In this document: one piece after another, positions 42,810 through 54,380 of the stretch
How the letters are laid out: each line of letters opens with the position of its first letter
How positions within the stretch are numbered: the stretch's first letter is position 1
Assembly: GCA_964016885.1 (NCBI GenBank)
Contig: OZ024740.1
Location: 131,192,001-131,256,000 of the forward strand
Length of the DNA stretch: 64,000 nucleotides
Direction of reading: 5' to 3'
Source: Eledone cirrhosa
Lineage: Eukaryota
Notes under the pieces: generated by a model
The model's database searches: none
What the model saw: the letters and a program-made list of their open reading frames with translations, nothing else
Told to the model about the DNA's origin: nothing
Made by a program: the position numbers and the translations under genes

Positions 42810-42916
42810 AGTCTCTGAGGATATGTTGGTGATAACATGTCATTTAAATTGAGTGGCACAACTTTCAGTGTTTAGCAATTTTTAGACAACTCTATCAGTG
42901 AAACAATTGTTGGACT
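42810..42916 (+). ncRNA. Hammerhead motif with a 78-nt multi-hairpin stem II region
   Basis: AGTCT-CTGAGGA-(78 nt)-GAAA-CAATTG-TT^-GGACT-A-AATAAA. The inverted copy at ~39777-39795 reads GAAACAATTGTTAGACT, a perfect partner for stem I. Confidence 0.65.
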
Positions 42917-43141
42917 AAATAAACCTCCTTTTTTGTACTGTTGACCATATTATTCTCCACTTTTTCAATTTTATTACACCAAGATAAACTTACATAGGAA
43001 TACAAGTGAAATCATAAACTCCTCACCCACGTAAGCCTCTTGGTGAATCATACAACGCCGTACGCTAAAACTATCCATGATAAGAAGTATGCACAACCTC
43101 TAATGGGATATATATATATATTTATTAAAATAACAGATTAA

Positions 43142-43192
43142 AGTTTAAGCAAAGAATCGCTGCTTTCACCCTTAACGGGATCTTCTGAAACT
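43142..43192 (-). ncRNA. Non-canonical type I hammerhead (CAGAAGA core)
   Basis: AGTTT-CAGAAGA-T-CCC-GTTAA-GGG-T-GAAA-GCA-GCGATTCTT-TGC-TT^-AAACT. All three stems can pair. Confidence 0.7.
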
Positions 43193-44118
43193 AACAAAGT
43201 CAATCTGTAAACGCAGAACTGGATATTTCAAAAAACGTTGCAACCGGAGGAATACAGAAAGACGATACTTTGGTTCGTGGAAACGTTCGCTGGCAAAGAA
43301 CGGAAAAAAACGAATAATACGTCATTAATAGGAACGGTGTAAAGCAATTACGCGCAAAGACAGAACCACGTTTATGGTATAAAAGAGGTCGTAAACTAAT
43401 GTTCTCTTAGGTGGTGCATAGAGACGTTCTCTGGCAATGAAAGAAAAAACGAAGTTAATACGTCATATGTGGAGCGTGGAGAACAATAGCACGCAGAGAC
43501 AAAACCACGTAAATGGTATAGCAGAAGTCGTAGATTAAAATTCTAACCAGGAGTCGAAATGAATCTCCGCTACAGAGTTAAGAACAAAGTAAATAAATAC
43601 AATACAGAAGTAATAGAAATAAATAAATACATACACGCAAACAAATACGTACATACACAAGCATACGCAAAACCTTACCATAGGTTTACAAAACTACGCA
43701 CATATAAATATGTGTGTGCGTGTATGCGTGCATACAAATAAATAAATAATTATATAATTGTATATAAATAAATAAATACGTATATAACAAACGCACGCAT
43801 ATATCTACATATAATTACACGAATGTTCGGAGACGTAAGTCAACTAAAACAAGAAGTACACATATACACGCACCCACCATAGTACGAACCTGCATACTCA
43901 CACAGACGCTAAACTCCCGTATACACATAGCCAAACCCTATGTACCAGAATATATAAAATTATACGCCATAACAATCAAATATAGGTACGAGAAGTTATA
44001 CGTACCTTCACAAAACATACGGGTAATATATACTTACCTATGCAAATAAGTAAAGGAATAAACAAAACATATACTTAGCTCCCACATCAAGACGTGAAAT
44101 ATCCACGTATAGATCGTA

Positions 44119-44943
44119 CTATCCGTTAGGGTATAACGTGGTGCTGTAATACAGGAAAGTTTTGTGCAATTTATGTTTACAAGCCGAAATTGCCTCAGAT
44201 TTTTTGTTTAAGATGTGGCCTGTGGCGTAGAGTATTTCCAGGGACTCAGCGGCGCAGAGGTCACATGGTCTTTTATTTCCGTTATACGATCTAGCCCTAG
44301 CTAGGATCTCCCAGTGTAAATTATATTGGGTCTGGTTGTATTTTAGACTCCAGATATAAGCTGAAAGTGACGTCATATTCCTTCTTAGAGGGTAACGAAA
44401 ATAATGGGTATGCATGTAAAGACGCTGCTTGAAACTATTGGCGGCTAACCCTATGTAGGCCCTACGGGACGTGGGTGTTTCAACCTTACATTTGTAGACA
44501 ATGTTACTAGAGAGGCATTTCCCGGATAGGGGGCAATCAGCCCGATTCCTACAATAACAGTTAGTACTAACTACAGGGTTGCACGTGTTCCTACGGCTAG
44601 GTAGTTTAGCTACATTTGAAGCTGTGATATTATGTGCAAAGTTAAGAGTCGTGGAGTAAGAAATGTTAATAGTATTTCTATTAAAAATTTCACTATATAT
44701 ATGTGTAGGGGGAAAATGCTTCGTAATAAGGGAAAGAAAGATCTTAGCTAATGGTGTGGCCACCTCCATATTATATTGTGGGTTATACCAACAAATGCGA
44801 CGGGATATATTTCTTCTAGGTCTATTTTCGTACTCTGTATATGCTACCTTATCGACAAATCCACTTCGAGCAAGAGATTCATTGTAATAAGTGGAATGGT
44901 CGTTGAAAATACGCTCGTTGGTGGATAGACGGGAAAGCCTCAA
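44119..44943 (-). CDS. PLE thumb + GIY-YIG endonuclease segment
   Basis: RLSRLS..WYNPQY..IFNRNTINISYS..CYC..CPLSGKCLSSNIVYKC..YIGLA..FKQRLYMH..TSLSAYIWSLK..CDLC..E..ILN.KSE..CKH. Confidence 0.8.
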   Translation of the reverse strand: MRLSRLSTNERIFNDHSTYYNESLARSGFVDKVAYTEYENRPRRNISRRICWYNPQYNMEVATPLAKIFLSLITKHFPPTHIYSEIFNRNTINISYSTTLNFAHNITASNVAKLPSRRNTCNPVVSTNCYCRNRADCPLSGKCLSSNIVYKCKVETPTSRRAYIGLAANSFKQRLYMHTHYFRYPLRRNMTSLSAYIWSLKYNQTQYNLHWEILARARSYNGNKRPCDLCAAESLEILYATGHILNKKSEAISACKHKLHKTFLYYSTTLYPNG

Positions 44944-46169
44944 CGAAACGTTTCTTACCAGGTACTTGGTTATGCTGGCAGGATGGTTGGAATGCTTACT
45001 TATGTAATTAAGCGTATCATACGGCTTTCTTTACCTGTAATACAACCCATTCAATAAATTGAAGGTAACGTCGAGGTAAATAACGACCGAGAGATTGGCC
45101 TCAACCTGTCTAAAGAGGTTGAAGCCTTTAAAGAAGGCTGTGAGTTCTTTTCTGAACCTGTCGCAAGCACGAGGTCCGCACTTAGTCATGGTCAAAACGA
45201 CCATCGTCACGGTACAAACCACCGCCCGCGTTCGGGAATTCGTCCTTGATAGAGAAAAAGGAAAAGGCCAATAAGGTCAGTAACCTCCGCAGAGTCACTG
45301 GCGCCCATACTCACGTCGAATGCGGTACTATTGGATTTTTTAATCCAAATAGAGTCATCGAAATTAATCACCGATTTTCGGGCATTGAGGATGACATCGA
45401 CTTCGAAATCCTTAACCATTGTGAGTGTTTTAGCGAAATTGATAGCTCTAAGGAGAAGTGGTAAAGTGATGGAGGAGTAGTAATTGTTGATGTCGAATTG
45501 GATAAAACCGCAATGTTCCTTGTTACATATGCCGTAACATTAATCGTATTTTTATGTATATATACTGTGAAATTTTTATAACAAGAAATGTATAGAAGTG
45601 ATCAAGTGAAATCAGTTGTACGTCTATATTATTGACTGGAGTAGACATAATTTTCTCTTTTTTCAGGACGTACATATGCGTGTATATATATATATACATA
45701 TGTGTATCCGTATTTTTATAAATAGGGTATTTTTTGAAGGTTTTTACTCAGATTTTGGTATATTGACCTCAAGGTTTTAAACTAAACATATGGTCATTAT
45801 TGAACATTATTATTTTATCATATTATATATCTATTTCTCATTCATGAATATTGATATTTACATTTTTATTATTCATTTCATATGAATTGTTAATTTAACT
45901 TAATATGACATGACGTAAAGTTGTTACTATATCCTCCTCTCTCTATATAGTACTTCCTCTCTCTTGAGTTTCTCTATCTGTATGATGAATTATTATCTCT
46001 ATGTTGCTTTATTTTGTCTTTCTTATTTCTTTCTTTTTTCTTTCTTTTTCATTTTCTCCTATCTATTTATATATATCTTTCTTTTCTGCATACATTCCTT
46101 TTCTCTCTCTACTTCTTTTTCTCTCTCTTTCTCTCTCTCTGTTTTTTCTTTCTCTCCGTTTTTTTCTAA

Positions 46170-46400
46170 CTGTGCTTAACACTATAACTAATAAAATAAT
46201 TATAAACATCTCACTATCCAGACAGCTTCCAAAAATAATGGTCGCATCTAATAGGGTACGTCAAAATTATTTATAAAACTGTTTATCTATTGTATTTTGT
46301 CTGATGAAGGCATACCATATTTTAATTTGATATCCCTAAAATATGTATAATGAAATAAATATGGAATTATAAATATAGTTTCCATATATTTAATATCGTG
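46170..46400 (+). mobile_element. Solo pseudo-LTR related to family E, with inactivated HHR
   Basis: TATTTTGT-CTGATGA-AGG..CCCT-AAAA (GAAA mutated)-TATGTA-TA-ATGAAATA at 46293-46357. The downstream sequence matches 11166-11208. The start coordinate is approximate. Confidence 0.65.
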
Positions 46401-46437
46401 TATATATATATATATATTGATAAATATATATATATAT

Positions 46438-46653
46438 AGGAACGAGTAGGACCCCGACGGTTGAGCTCAAGCCGTTGCGACGGCTAATTCTGCACTAACA
46501 TTTTAGACCAGAATTTTAGTCCAGAATTAGCCGTCGAAACGGCTAGAGCTCAGTCGTCAGGGTCCTACTCGTTCCTATTACCCACTCTAGTACCCTAAGT
46601 ATTGAGTTCTTTGGTGCGTTATGGTCCATTGGTTTCTTACCACATCTCCTTCG

Positions 46654-46656
<3 letters not shown>
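46438..46656. mobile_element. Mini PLE insertion, family C subfamily (inverted pseudo-LTR hairpin + tail)
   Basis: 46437-46497 is inverted against 46517-46578. The tail matches 21640-21722. (TA)n flanks. Confidence 0.88.
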
Positions 46657-46727
<71 letters not shown>

Positions 46728-46885
46728 GTTTGTGTGTGTATATATATGTGTGAGTGTCCGTCTTTGTGTACATGAACATATGTATGGATGCATAAGTGTA
46801 TCGACATGTGCAAACGATGTTAGAGTGTGTGCATATGTCTGTTTATTAATGCATATAAATATCTACACCCAAAGACACACACACT

Positions 46886-47064
<179 letters not shown>

Positions 47065-47725
47065 AGAGAGAGAGAGAGAGAGTCAGACAGAGAGAGATAG
47101 AGAGAACGAAAGAGAAAGTGAAATGGAGGGAATGCATATATAGGTAGATAGAAGATAATATATATATATAAATAAATATATTAAATGAGATAAGTATGTT
47201 TTCATAAGACTATAATGGATTGTTATTGTCGAACTTTGATGGTGACTGATTTCATATAGAAGAATGTACAAGAGAAATAGTTTTTTGACATGCAAAGAAT
47301 TATGGTAATTCTCTTATCATTAAGTTATATGAATTGAATACCTGTACCACATCGATATGAACAGTAAACCCATCCTCATTATCAAAACCATGTCTTTCTT
47401 CAATTTCTAAACATACTCCGACAGGTTACAACTTCATGGGGAATTTGAATAGAAACGCTGTTTTCATTTGTTTGGCTTCAATAAATATATAATGGATAAA
47501 CATTAGGGAGACGTAGAATAATGTTAAATATGTATCCCTCTAACAGACTATTCATGATATATATATACGTATATATGTATATATGTGTGTGTGTATATAT
47601 ATATATATATACACACACATATATATATATGTATACATATATATATATACATACATATATATATGTACACACACACACATATATATATATATATACATAC
47701 ATACATAAATATATGTACATATATG

Positions 47726-47818
<93 letters not shown>

Positions 47819-50329
47819 ATGTATGTGTGTGTGTGTGAGTGTATGTGTGTGTGTGTGTGTGAGTGTATGTGTGTGTGTGTGTGTACATATAATGACATAA
47901 AATGCGCGTACAACAATACACGCACATATAAATGCATTTGAGGAATGTATATCTGTATACAGAGCGATACGTATCTGCTCTTCCTATACACGGACATCCA
48001 GATACGCAGTAGCACTCAATATATATAAAGAGAGAGCGAAAGGGAGAGGGGTGGGGTGTTGAGTGCGAGATTGTGCATTTGTTCATGTTTATGTGTGTAT
48101 GTGTGCGTTGTTTTATTTATTTATAAGTGTGTATGTTTCCATTTTCTATTAATTTATTGAAAGCCTGTAGGTTTTAATGATTAATTTTTAATCAATATTC
48201 ATCTATATTATATTTCGTGAATCATTTATACCATATGTGATTTTGCTGAAGGATTTGGAAACATTAGACGTTGTCTAACAATGCAGGGATAAGTATTTTG
48301 ACATTTATATGAACAAACATACATAACGGAAATATAAATTTATAGGTACATTTTTCGAATTGAATTCGAAATAATGTAATATACACTTGCCATATTATAT
48401 GTATGTACGAATTTATTATTAAGTAAATGCATGTGTGTGTGTGTGTATGTGTATGAGTCTGCGTGACTAATAAACAGAGAGAATGAAAGATAGTTTAAAT
48501 ATCTAAGAGCTTTAACAAAGGAGAAACGGGAATACACAATACAGAAATTCGTGTTAAAAATATATTATATAGTGGCGTGAATCTTTCACAAACCATTACT
48601 ATGTATTGTACTTTCTTTTATTCGAAGATTATGTACAATGGAACATACAAATGACATTCAGTAGATATGGAGTGTATGTATTTAAGAATCATCAGAAGCT
48701 GTATTTTAGAAACTGGCATAACTGAGTACTTGGAAAAGAAGGACTTCGAGAGATCTGTCGGTTGTAGGCAGAGATAAATAATATAATATATTTAGAGAGA
48801 AATGAGTATTGAATAATTATTTTTATGTAATCTATGACTAAAGATATATTCATTGGGCCACGGGGTGGTGTTAAACATGTCCTCTGATCAAGATTGTGAC
48901 CTACGAATTGATTCATGCCATATAATCAAGATTGCCACCTACTAATATATTCATGCCATATAATATATTTTACTATTTTATATGTTCCAGCCATCCGAAT
49001 GAGGCCATTTTTTTTTTGTAAGATATAATATATACCATTCCGTCCTTATGGGTCAATATTATTTTTAAACGTATTGACTACATCGAAAATAACGTATGCA
49101 TAGGTATTTTGAATATTTTATTAATATGTTTTAAATGATGTTGCGCGCTTACGTATGAATAGGGTAAAAATAAACTCGCTTAAATACTACAATTTTTGTT
49201 AGCGTGTTAACTGTTTGAGAACTTAAGGGAAATGTTTGGTTTAGCAATATCTGTTCATGTACTAATAACCAGTTAATATGCAAAACTGCATTCGTCTTAA
49301 TATTATATAATATACATGCTACTTATATACATGCTACTTATCAAAGCAATTGCGATTACCGAAGCGTATAATTTCGTAACATTTACCGAAATGAATTTAA
49401 CATCGATTTTCCCTCAGTTAGTGATATTGAAACATAAGATAATGATGCTGATCATACAATTTTAAAATTATTTGAAATCGTAGAACCCACAACATCCAGT
49501 GCTATTTTTTCTTGGTCATCGTATTTGTATATTTCGATCCTTCACACAATATTCAAACAATCTCATTTCCAAAAATAGTGAGGCATTTCCTATTAATTCG
49601 CATCCATTTTAGATAATTCACTGCTGAAGATGGCCTGAGCTCAGCCGCCGATCACTAATATTACACTAAACATACACATTACTTTCCCAAGGTTCGAGTA
49701 TTTATATGAACATAGCCTTATTTGTTTAAAGTCGCAACTCCCAATATGTATAAAACCATACCACCTTTTGAAATATATATTTAAATATGTGTTCCTGCCT
49801 GCATAAATATACACGGAACCTGTGCAAGTGCATCTATATTGTTATGAGGCAGTGTGTCTGTGTAATTGCATATATAAATCATCTGCATTGTTTATTTCTG
49901 TATAAACCTTGACAAGGGGTATTCGCAAGATGATGTATAAAAACGTTGCTTCAATTTTGATCGGGATCTCTTTTTTGTATATAAGGAAATAAAAAGGACT
50001 TCAAATCATACTATTGTAAATGTTAGATTAGTGGGGTATGTGTGCCTTAAATTTAGCTATAGGCTGAAATCTCGATTTTGTATAGGAATGTAGCTTGCAA
50101 ATAAATACACACATCTACACTTGCATACTCACACCATATACGTAGACAAATAGACATATGTACATAAATATATTGATATATAATCATCTCCAGCCGTTAC
50201 AACATATGGTGAAGTATATTTCAATATATGCTATATTTTTGTTAACAGATTCTTCTGTCCATGCTCTCTTCTGGAAGCCCTTTCTCTATTCAATCAGGTT
50301 TTGATACACTTCATTACAAGTTTTATCTA

Positions 50330-50870
50330 GTGATGCGAGACTTGCTAACCGATGTTTTTTGAGTGGGTCCCCTGCAACAGGCTGCAGAACAGGAGTGTTC
50401 CAAGTTATATGATTTGGGGCGTAGTAACGCTGATGATGAATGCTGAGAACACGAGGGCTATTTTAGGCAATTTAAGGTCTAGAATTCTGCAAAGCACTTA
50501 ATTCAAAGTGGCAGGTAATATTCATTTTCCTAGTAGCCGTAGCAAAAGAGATTATGTGATAGGTACAGCGAAGAAGACTGATGACAGTCACTTGTTTCTT
50601 CGTCAAATCCCCATCAAGTTGGAAAAAAGGTGAGGGTGGAGAGTGAAGCTGCGCCCCAGTATATTCGACTCTATGCCGGCTGAACTGGGGAAGGGAGGGA
50701 CACACTCCACTTGCGCATTCAGAGTTTCGCGTGATTCAGAATCGGTGGGATTCCTATGTAACCTAGGGTGATCCCCACCATTATTAGGAAATGTTCATTG
50801 TTTTAAATATTTTGTTTATTGTTATTTGTTAAATTGCTTTTACTCGAGTTGATTGATAAGCCCATTGTTA
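50330..50870 (+). mobile_element. Old 3' fragment of Tx1/L1-like LINE
   Basis: QVIFIFLVAVAKEIM**VQRRRLMTVTCFF (~50512-50600) aligns with QAVFICLVAMAKEIVWWTDLKGLKTSTYLF (~57455-57545). Boundaries are approximate. Confidence 0.6.
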
Positions 50871-51012
50871 TTGTATTTCTATTGTCCTCTAGATGTCGGA
50901 CCATGCGGCAAATAAATGAAAACATTATTATTATTCACGCCAATAATGTACCAGTAATATAGTGGGTGTTTGCTGGCCCTTGACACAATTAGAAACAATT
51001 ATTATTATTATC

Positions 51013-51592
51013 GCCATGCTTTTCAGAATAGAGTTACGACTCTTTATGATCTGAGCACAAATCCCGCCAAGGTTAACTTTGCTTTCATCCTCACGGGGTC
51101 GATAAAATAAAGTACCAGTCAAGCACTGGGGTCGATTTAATCAACTTTTCGCTCCCAAAAATTGATGGCCTTGTGCCTATATAAGAAACCATTATATTTG
51201 GATTGGCATTATCGGTAGAGGGTCGGACGCCATACTTTGGGCCATAGAGTTACGGCCCTTGCCATTCTGAATTCAAATCCCGCCAAGGTTAACTTTGCCT
51301 TTCATCCTTACGGGGATGATAAAATAAAGTAGCGGTAATGCACTGCGTTTTTGCTGGCATTGTGCCAAATGTAGAAACAATTATATTATTATTATTAGGA
51401 GAGCGGTGGATTGGCAGTATTTTTAGAGGGTCGGACGCCATGCTTTGCAGCAAGGATTTACGTCCCTTTATGGTCTGTGTTCAAATACCGCCGAGGTTAA
51501 CTTTGCCTTTCATCCTTACGAGGTCGATAAAATAAAGCACCAGTAATAAACTGGGATAATTTTTGGCCTTGTGCCAAATGTAGAAACAATTA
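51013..51592 (+). mobile_element. Three head-to-tail SINE copies separated by (TTA)n
   Basis: Units at ~51013-51190, ~51200-51382 and ~51398-51592 share TTGGCA(G/T)TAT..TAGAGGGTCGGACGCC (the first unit is 5'-truncated), a B-box-like TTCAAAT(C/A)CCGCC and the 3' end TGTGCC..AGAAAC. Confidence 0.9.
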
Positions 51593-51608
51593 TATTATTA
51601 TTAGTATT

Positions 51609-52349
51609 GTTCTTTGAGTCTCAATCATTGATGTTATTTAAGTGGAAAGTTTGTTGAAATGAATATCAAGCCGCCACCTGCAGCCGCAGACAATCAGGAC
51701 GTTCGGAGGATTCTTGCTGTTCCCAGCAAGCATGCCTTTTGAAGTGTTCCAACAAGTGGGGCTGGACTAATCTTCTTTAACGATCCTTGGAAACTCTTTC
51801 ATATAGTACCTAATGCGCCTATGGCAATCGGGACGACCCTGATTTCATGGCAGTTCCAAATCCTTTTTAATTCCCAATTTAAATCCTGGTATCGGGTAAT
51901 TTTCTCCCTCTCTTTTTCTTAAACTCTAGTGGCAAATGGGCAGGCTACATATACAATCAGGCATGATCGTTTTTCCTTGCACAAAACCACCAGGTCAGGC
52001 CTATTGTGTTCTAATTTATTTTCCATCTGTATCCTAAAATCCCACAGCACCTTCACCTGATCGTTTTCTATCACCGACTCTGGCTTATGCTCATACCACT
52101 TCTCAGAATGTGTTAAATTGTTTACTTTGCATAGGTGTCAGTAGATCACGCTAACTATCACATTATGTCTGCAGCCTTTATATTGAGTCTGGGTAAGGTG
52201 TTTACACTCGGATACGATGTGAGCTACAGTCTCCTCTCTCTCTCCACAGATACTACACAGTGAGCTAGCCTACTCCTTGTCAATATGGTAGTCACCCACT
52301 TCGTTCTGAGGGTTTGCTCTTGCGCACCCATTAGCATTACTTCTGTAGC

Positions 52350-52351
<2 letters not shown>
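51609..52351 (-). mobile_element. R4/Dong-like non-LTR retrotransposon, 3' fragment (CCHC + REL)
   Basis: Homologous to 57989-58730; contains the HNRPDLVV..CLIVYVACPF motif; (TAA)n flanks. Confidence 0.88.
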
Positions 52352-52383
<32 letters not shown>

Positions 52384-52599
52384 GGCGACCTACGTAGTAA
52401 ATCGTATCATCGTGAGCTCCGCAAAGGTATGTTATTTTCAGTTATTTAAAATTGTCATATATGGAACATTTGTATTGTTAACTGTATATAAGTGCACATA
52501 CATTGATTTCTGAAAAGGACACTCAAAAATATTGGGGCCTTGAGCCCAAAATTTTAACTTTTTATAATTATCAAACAAAAAAATTTTCTTTGAAAAATA

Positions 52600-54270
52600 A
52601 TGGATGACTCAGATTCACTCCTTCCTCACAATCCAACACCTCACACCGACACAACCATTGTAAATATTGCTACGTTTGCCAACACTGGAGTTGTAAGCAG
52701 TAGCAATATTTTAAATTCGTCTCATGCAGACGTTCATTTCCCGCCATTACCAATGACTGCAGGTGTTAAAACCGCCACCACCACCACTACCACCGCAACA
52801 ACAACCACCCCCCACCACCACCACAGCGACAACAGAAACAAAAGAAAAAAATAAATTAACACATGATATCGAAATGAATTCAACCAAAATGAACACCGAA
52901 CACCACTGACGCCACCACCACCACAACTGAAACTAAAATTAACAATAGCAAAAATAACGTTAATAACAACAGCAACAATGACATTGAGAAAACTACCCTG
53001 AGTTTTGCCAGAGTAGCAAAAAACGTGCGAAACGATCCAGGTAACTCAGGAAGAATTAAACGAAGCCAAAGGAATGGTAAAGAAAGATGAGTACATGGTC
53101 AGGCTCACCCCCACACCTAATAAAATAGAGCAATGTTGCCTATGCACCGTGTCTTATCGGACAATAAACATAACATCGCGCCGAGTGGAGCGGGCATCTG
53201 AGTCCCAAATCCCACGTTCCAGCGGCCATGGAAATTCCCTGGCTAATGGTTGCCGTCCTCACCAGAATCGAGGCCAACGCCAACATAATATAAATAGCAA
53301 AAGAAAGCAGGAGAACTGGTCCGGATCTGGGATGGAGCTCCTGATCCAAGCGGACCATAAAAGCATTGAGGAGATCCCAGAGGTAATAGACCTCACTGAC
53401 GGCAGCCACCTCACCGTAATCGTCGAGGGCAGAAGACCTAGGTGTGTCGTTTGTGGTGAAGGAACCCACCTAAGGGCTTTCTGCCTTCAGGCTAAAAGGT
53501 TGAGGCCACCTCTCTTACCCACACCAGTGACTCAACCATCAACACCACCAGCAGCAGAAATAGCAGCAACAACTGTAGCAGCAACAACAGAAGCAACTGT
53601 AACAGCAACAACCCCAGCAACAGTAGAAAAACCAAAACCACCACCACCCAACGCCCCAGAACTAGCACCAGCGCCTACACCATCCGCTACGCCACAACCA
53701 AAACCAACGCCTGTGCAGGATTTTCCACTCCCCGGCTTATCGCAACAGGAGACAGATTGTGACGACGAGGAGTGGGAAACGGTATCAGGAAAAAAGAAAA
53801 AAAAAAAGAAACCAAAAAAGAAAAAAATGTTATTCCTTCCCCCTCAAAAAAACAAAATAAGGAGGGAAACAAATAAATTGTCGAACAAGAAAGTTAAGAC
53901 ATATGCCACCATCCACACCAGCATCACCAACCCCATCACCACAAACACCAACACCATCACCATCATTAAACTCAACACCACCATCACAACACCACAAAAG
54001 TCACCAAAAAGCGTAACAGAAACAAACCCACAACAAACGCAAACAAAACAAAGCAACCAAAACGATACACACTACACAGCATTAAATTTGAACAACAAGC
54101 AATTATTACACTACATCCAACACAACACCAGCATCACAGAAAAAGACTACACAACAACCCAAAAGTTCACACCACCTCCACACATACAAATCACTCGTAT
54201 CACACAGAAAACAAAAATTCCCCAAAGACATCGGGGACTTCCGACAAACACTGTCCAGGAGGATTTATAA
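52600..54270 (+). pseudogene. LINE ORF1 (gag-like, frameshifted)
   Basis: IPEVIDLTDGSHLTVIVEGRRPRCVVCGEGTHLRAFC (CX2CX4HX4C), a Pro/Thr-rich region and WETVSGKKKK. Confidence 0.75.
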
Positions 54271-54380
54271 GGACATCCTTCCGGAGGAGGCCACAGGCAG
54301 TGAAAAGGATGGACAAACCATCCTTCCTCTACGACAAGTAAGGTAAGTGGTCTTTCCCATCTTTTCCAATCCATTTCAAC

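Larger units (their letters stand above)
39717..43107 (+). mobile_element. 5'-truncated PLE, family H, with inverted 5' pseudo-LTR fragment
   Basis: FDITMGSNDSAQITD, GGIYRDD, SFLDVSFNL, WFNP, CNC..CVV/NIVYLC..FKKRWYVH..IWQLK..CNLC. 39717-39833 is inverted against 42861-42974. Tail 42975-43107, then (TA)n. Confidence 0.92.
43121..45537 (-). mobile_element. 5'-truncated PLE, family G (RT-GIY-YIG, ~1 kb 3'UTR, HHR)
   Basis: FIQFDINNYYSSI, FDVSMGASDSAEVTDLIG, GGLYRDD and the 274-aa ORF 44119-44943. The 3' end abuts (TA)n. Confidence 0.93.

Noticed and set aside
49621-49660. CTGAAGATGGCC.. resembling a PLE hammerhead start
   Set aside because: No GAAA or stem III follows.
50930-51600. Regularly repeated ~190-bp units suggestive of a CRISPR or tRNA array
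   Set aside because: There are no unique spacers or cas genes and no cloverleaf. The units match dispersed SINE copies, and the DNA is eukaryotic.
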